From Promethearchaeota archaeon (lineage in GTDB: Archaea; Asgardarchaeota; Lokiarchaeia; Sigyniarchaeales; SOKP01): 44,100 nt of DNA. Every line of letters starts with the position of its first letter. The first letter of the stretch is position 1. Below the pieces are notes generated by a model, which saw nothing but the letters and a program-made list of their open reading frames with translations, was not told the origin of the DNA and did no database searches. Where the stretch lies: the NCBI GenBank assembly GCA_048939445.1, contig JBHLPN010000002.1, positions 1-44,100 of the forward strand, written 5' to 3'. A program made the translations under genes and the position numbers. Of this stretch, positions 39,871 to 44,100 are shown one piece after another.

Positions 39871-40559
39871 TCTAGATTATATCTTAATCTATTTAGGAGA
39901 ATATCTTCAAAAAAAATGTGTTTTCTTCTAACAATTTCGTTTTTATATCCTAATCTAGTAACTTTTTCATTTAGCTCTGTTAAATTAGTTCTACTTGAAG
40001 TGATACAATAAATATAGTGTTCCTTCCTTAAATTTAAATAAGTAACGACATCTTTAAGGAAATCAATTAAAATTTCATAACCTTTTAAGCCTCCATCCCA
40101 GCTATAATCTATTTTTTCATTAATAGCTTTTTCTTTTATCAATTGTAAGGAGGGTAAATAAGGTGGATTAAATACAATGATATCAAAAGTATTCCTAAGT
40201 TTATCTGGAAATGAATCAAATAAATTTGAATGTAAGAAGATTATTTTATCATTGATATTGTTTGCCTTCTGATTTAATTCTGCACATTTTATAGCAACTT
40301 CTAAAATATCAGAGGCATAAATTTTTGGATTAAAATTCGGATATTGTATTTTAATTAATTCAAAGAATATTGCAAATATCCCTGTTCCAGTGCCTAAATC
40401 AAGAATATTTTGAATCTTGTTTATTTCTATCCCATCAAAAAATGATTTAGTAATGTTAGATTTAAAATAATCTAATATTAAGAACGTGTCATCAGAAGGT
40501 GCATAAACATCTTCAAAATCACAATTGATTATTGGATCAGGAATGGATGGTATTTTCAT
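39867..40559 (-). CDS. HemK/PrmC/Mtq2-like SAM-dependent methyltransferase (NPPY class)
   Basis: 230 aa. YAPSDDTFLILD, SAM motif LDLGTGTGIFA, catalytic IVFNPPYLP. Confidence 0.8.
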   Translation of the reverse strand: MKIPSIPDPIINCDFEDVYAPSDDTFLILDYFKSNITKSFFDGIEINKIQNILDLGTGTGIFAIFFELIKIQYPNFNPKIYASDILEVAIKCAELNQKANNINDKIIFLHSNLFDSFPDKLRNTFDIIVFNPPYLPSLQLIKEKAINEKIDYSWDGGLKGYEILIDFLKDVVTYLNLRKEHYIYCITSSRTNLTELNEKVTRLGYKNEIVRRKHIFFEDILLNRLRYNLD

Positions 40560-40576
40560 TATTCATTCTATTCTTT

Positions 40577-41422
40577 TCAAGTATAAAATAGCTTACTAAT
40601 TTCTATATATTCATCAATTTCAAAGTTGAATACTTTTTTATTCTCATAGTCATTTTTATTCAAAATTGAGATAATATTTTCTTTGGTATACTGAGTATCT
40701 TTTTGAGTTTTAAAAAATAGATCAATAGCATTAACAACATTCTTATTCTTATACGGCATTATCCCACCAATAAATTTTAAAAAAAAATCTTTAGAGTCCT
40801 TTTCTAATAAAAATGGGTTTATTTTATCCTTAGGCGTAAGTTTTATCAGTGATAGTGGGATTCTTGGAATAGGATAAAAAGTTTTTCTTGAAATATTTGA
40901 TTTTGAAATAAGTTTCATGAATGCATTAACTCCAACACTTATTCTCGAGAAATTTTTATAATCACCTGATAAACTGATTCGATCAGCAATACTTTTTTCA
41001 ATAGTTAATATTCCTGTAGGTGAATTTATATTGAAAAAGATCTTTTCGAATATCGGTCCTGTAATTGTATAAGGAATATTGGAAATAACTTTATTATGAT
41101 TGGGGATTTCAATCTTTAATACATCTCCATGAATAATCTCTATATTATCATAAATCGAGAACTTATCATCTAAATATGAACATAAACGATGATCTATTTC
41201 AATAGCATATATTTTTTTTGCTAATTCTATTAATTCGTCTGTTATAGCTCCTAATCCTGGTCCAATTTCTAAAATAATATCACTCTGAGAGATTTCAGAA
41301 ATAGAAATAATTCTTTCTGCAATATTATTGTCAATCAAAAAATTTTGACCTAACTGTTTGCTAGGTTGGATATGGAGTTGCTTTAAAACGAGTTGTACTT
41401 CTCTTTTATTCATAAGGTTCAT
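40577..41422 (-). CDS. rsmA: 16S/18S rRNA dimethyladenosine transferase RsmA/KsgA/Dim1
   Basis: 281 aa. LGQNFLIDNNIAERI, EIGPGLGAIT, ISNIPYTITGPI. Confidence 0.9.
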   Translation of the reverse strand: MNLMNKREVQLVLKQLHIQPSKQLGQNFLIDNNIAERIISISEISQSDIILEIGPGLGAITDELIELAKKIYAIEIDHRLCSYLDDKFSIYDNIEIIHGDVLKIEIPNHNKVISNIPYTITGPIFEKIFFNINSPTGILTIEKSIADRISLSGDYKNFSRISVGVNAFMKLISKSNISRKTFYPIPRIPLSLIKLTPKDKINPFLLEKDSKDFFLKFIGGIMPYKNKNVVNAIDLFFKTQKDTQYTKENIISILNKNDYENKKVFNFEIDEYIEISKLFYT

Positions 41423-42063
41423 TCATATTTTTGAGTCTTGCTAAAAAGATAGTATTTTGCGTCCCTTTGAAGTTCTTTTATAATTCTTTGGGCAATTAAT
41501 TTAGCAGGACTAGAAATACTAGTTCTATCGGCAATATCTTGAAATTTTCCAAATTTTTGTCTGTCTCTTGCTTCAAGAATCTCCCACATATGCTTTTGTC
41601 CAATTCCCGGCAACAATTTTAGAGCATGCATTCTTGGAGTAATTGAAGTAGAGTTATTAAAGAAGTTGATAAATTCTTCTTCATATTTCATGACTTCTTT
41701 TTCAAGAATTGGTTGGATTAATGCTTTTGCGGTACTAGTTAAATCATTATAATCAACTTTTTTCAAGACTTCTTTTAATTTATCTTCATTTAAGAATTCT
41801 TCATAGGTTTTTTGTTCTTGAACTTCTATCATGGAGTTTTTATTCACTTTTACTTCATATAGTACGAAGTCAGGAAAAGTAAGTACTTGCGCTATTGGTG
41901 TTTTAGCCCAGCTAGGTTTATCTTCTTCGGGATGTCCATGCATTAATACATCTAAGATAACAATTTCCCGAAATTTCTTTATAAACTGCTTTTTCTTTCT
42001 TGGACCACTTCGATAATTTCTCCTGCGTGGAGAACCTCTGTATCGCTCTCTTCTTTCCATCAT
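41419..42063 (-). CDS. DUF655 protein (OB-like N-terminal domain plus C-terminal helix-hairpin-helix)
   Basis: 214 aa. VILDVLMHGHPEE..PIAQVL...FVLYEV and HALKLLPGIGQKHMWEILEAR. Conserved synteny next to rsmA. Confidence 0.8.
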   Translation of the reverse strand: MMERRERYRGSPRRRNYRSGPRKKKQFIKKFREIVILDVLMHGHPEEDKPSWAKTPIAQVLTFPDFVLYEVKVNKNSMIEVQEQKTYEEFLNEDKLKEVLKKVDYNDLTSTAKALIQPILEKEVMKYEEEFINFFNNSTSITPRMHALKLLPGIGQKHMWEILEARDRQKFGKFQDIADRTSISSPAKLIAQRIIKELQRDAKYYLFSKTQKYE

Positions 42064-42215
42064 TACTAGATATTTTATTTTTTACTTTTCCAGATACCAT
42101 TTCAAAATTTATATTGTAATGAACTACATAATCAGATGGGATTGTTCATTAGAATTTAAAACAATATATACTTATAAATTCTTCGAATTAAGATGATTAA
42201 ATTCAAAATTTTAAT

Positions 42216-42581
42216 TTAAGATGATTTAAGTTCTTCTATTTCTTCAATTATCACTTCTAATTGATCATCTGCTAATGTTTTACCTGTAAAACTTTTTTCT
42301 AATATTGTACGTAACTCTGGAACCGATTGTGGATCGATATTAACAATATTAATAGCATAGATTTCTTCAATTTCGTACTTTTCTGTTAATAGCTTTATTA
42401 CCTTTTTAGCAATCTTTGCTTCATATTTCGCAAATTTGTTTACGTAATTGTATGTAATTTCTTGGAAATGAGACATTCCCTCATCAGCATCAATTTCTAA
42501 AAGTTGATCTTTTAAATTCTCCATTATATCTTTCACTTCTGGAATTGATACAGTTTTTTCGTCTTTTTTACGTCCAGACAT
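42216..42581 (-). CDS. rpoF: RNA polymerase subunit F / Rpo4 (Rpb4 homolog)
   Basis: 121 aa, acidic and helical. ISIPEVKDIMENL...NYVNKFAK....IVNIDPQSVPELRTIL. Conserved position between L21e and DUF655. Confidence 0.7.
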   Translation of the reverse strand: MSGRKKDEKTVSIPEVKDIMENLKDQLLEIDADEGMSHFQEITYNYVNKFAKYEAKIAKKVIKLLTEKYEIEEIYAINIVNIDPQSVPELRTILEKSFTGKTLADDQLEVIIEEIEELKSS

Positions 42582-42599
42582 TATTTACATCTAAAAATT

Positions 42600-42911
42600 T
42601 TATTTTTCCTTTATGGAAATAGGATTTAATCTTAAATGTTCTTTTCCAATAATGAGTGTTTTTTTTGAGTTTCCTAATTTTACTTCCACTAAATAACAAC
42701 GTCCACGTTCTCCAATAATTGTCCCAGTTAGACCATGGAATCTCCGATGTGGCATTCCGCGTTTATGTTGTGAAGGATCAGTGATTACATCTACTTTATC
42801 TCCTAGTTCATAATCAATCAAATATTTCTCTATGGAACCAAGTCCCCGATCTCGTACATTCTTTCTATGCCTACTTCGAGTCTTGTTTCTGTATCCTTTA
42901 TGTTTTGTCAA
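42600..42911 (-). CDS. rpl21e: Ribosomal protein L21e
   Basis: 103 aa (TTG start). KGYRNKTRSRHRK...GDKVDVITDPSQHKRGMPHRRFHGLTGTIIG. Confidence 0.9.
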   Translation of the reverse strand: MTKHKGYRNKTRSRHRKNVRDRGLGSIEKYLIDYELGDKVDVITDPSQHKRGMPHRRFHGLTGTIIGERGRCYLVEVKLGNSKKTLIIGKEHLRLNPISIKEK

Positions 42912-43026
42912 AAAAACACCTCTAAGCTTAAGATAAATAAGAAATTGTAAAACAGTTTAGTAAAATCATGAAAGATGACTTATTTATTTTTTGATTTTAG
43001 ATATATGAAATTAGTTATATTTTCGT

Positions 43027-44100
43027 TTAAACCGAAATTTCTAAAACATCCAACTCTTTACAAACTAAAGGTATTTCAAAAATTTCCGAAAAAGAAGGAG
43101 AAGTACGTCCCTCATCACCATTGATAAGCTCTTTTATATAAGTACCGCCTTGAGTTTCTATTTTAAACTCAAATAAATTTGTTTTAATCCATTTACCCTC
43201 TATTTTAAAAATAAATTTTTCTCTTATCTTATCAGCACGACGATGAGACACTCTATATGGTGTTCTTTGATATATTTGCTTATTTTCAAAAGATTCTTTC
43301 AATTCATTTATTTTTTGGAGAAAGTCATTTTTACTTAATTTGCTTTCAGATTTTACTATTGCTCTATATAATTTTTTTGAATTTTTTGCTTCAATTTTAA
43401 GTTTAATTACTTCCTTCTTACTACTATATTTTAAATCGTGAATCCTTACCTTTTTTTTATATTTTTTGTTAACTTTTCTTGATATTTTACCCAAGATTAA
43501 ATTTCTAATTTTAGGATTTCTTAATTCAATAATAAATGGTCTTCCTGTGCCTAACATTCTCACATCAATATCTTCTCTTCCAGCTCCATGAAATCTTGAA
43601 TCAGTCGCTTTAGATTCTTTAATAAACTCTGGACTTATTAGATCCTCAACACTAGTTAGATACTGCCTTCCAGTATAATTACATAATTCACAACCTGTTC
43701 CCATGCATTTTTTACAGAACCAATGGGTTTGAGGGATTCCCCTTATTAATTTATTATATCTCCCAGAGATAAAAACAGATTTTAATATTAACTCAACATT
43801 AAATTTTTCAAAATCTAAAGAGTATATTATTAATACATCAGGATGGTTAAATTCAGGTACTTTATTTAAGGTTATTAATAATCCTTTCCCTACTACACGA
43901 TTAAAGTGACTTTTAAAAGATTCTGCTTCTAACAGATTAAACTCAGTTTTGAATCTATCTTCTTGATTAATAATTTGAGATTCTGGGCTTGAACCAACTA
44001 AGAAACTGTTGAATTCGATTTCTTTAACTATTTGGGTTGCTTTATTAATAAATTTCTCGATATTGGAAAAAATATTATGACATAGATAACAGATATGATC
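43027..44100 (-). CDS. pus10: tRNA pseudouridine synthase Pus10. The 5' end runs off the window.
   Basis: Catalytic block HGAGREDIDVRMLGTGRPFIIEL. I checked that the frame stays open upstream of the track start all the way to 44100: DHICYLCHNIFSNIEKFINK...FISGRYNKLIRGIPQTHWFCKKCMGTGCELC. This gives Zn CxxC pairs plus a THUMP-like region. Confidence 0.85.
   Translation of the reverse strand, partial: DHICYLCHNIFSNIEKFINKATQIVKEIEFNSFLVGSSPESQIINQEDRFKTEFNLLEAESFKSHFNRVVGKGLLITLNKVPEFNHPDVLIIYSLDFEKFNVELILKSVFISGRYNKLIRGIPQTHWFCKKCMGTGCELCNYTGRQYLTSVEDLISPEFIKESKATDSRFHGAGREDIDVRMLGTGRPFIIELRNPKIRNLILGKISRKVNKKYKKKVRIHDLKYSSKKEVIKLKIEAKNSKKLYRAIVKSESKLSKNDFLQKINELKESFENKQIYQRTPYRVSHRRADKIREKFIFKIEGKWIKTNLFEFKIETQGGTYIKELINGDEGRTSPSFSEIFEIPLVCKELDVLEISV

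Overview
This is a strongly AT-rich archaeal chromosomal segment, densely packed with core information-processing genes. I found no rRNA, CRISPR array, transposase or integrase.

Recognisable blocks:
- arcS plus a RaSEA-like radical SAM gene (archaeosine synthesis).
- The conserved cluster L39e-L31e-eIF6-LX-prefoldin alpha-FtsY-SecE, followed by PDCD5-like, S19e, YhbY, Rnp4, Nep1, tRNA-Gly, S27e and L44e.
- A partial rpo/str block: rpoA'-rpoA''-L30e-NusA-[M28 peptidase]-S12-S7.
- The cluster Pus10-L21e-RpoF-DUF655-RsmA-HemK-like methyltransferase.
- Scattered among these: ahcY, pyrB, ilvC, dnaG, a Get3/ArsA ATPase, an archaeal histone, a NurA-domain nuclease, a CPBP protease and two Ras/Rab-like small GTPases.

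The low GC content, the Rab-like GTPases, Get3 and an apparent UGA-Sec recoding event together suggest an Asgard (Lokiarchaeia-like) genome. That is an inference only.

Most interesting observations:
1. A thioredoxin-fold gene with an in-frame TGA exactly at the first Cys of the WCxxC motif, making it a probable selenoprotein. A weak SECIS-like element lies in its 3' UTR.
2. A protein with a single TBP repeat sandwiched between two Lrp/AsnC modules.
3. A roughly 100-codon hydrophobic ORF with no start codon, in the -1 frame at the end of get3, reachable through a perfect C_CCA_AAA slippery heptamer.
4. A wHTH + ATP-cone + NrdD-like protein that appears to lack the glycyl-radical C-terminus.
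5. A membrane-embedded M28 peptidase inserted into the otherwise conserved nusA-S12 junction, with its homologous N-terminus lying upstream of any canonical start.

All functional calls rest on my own motif recognition in the translations. No database search was run.
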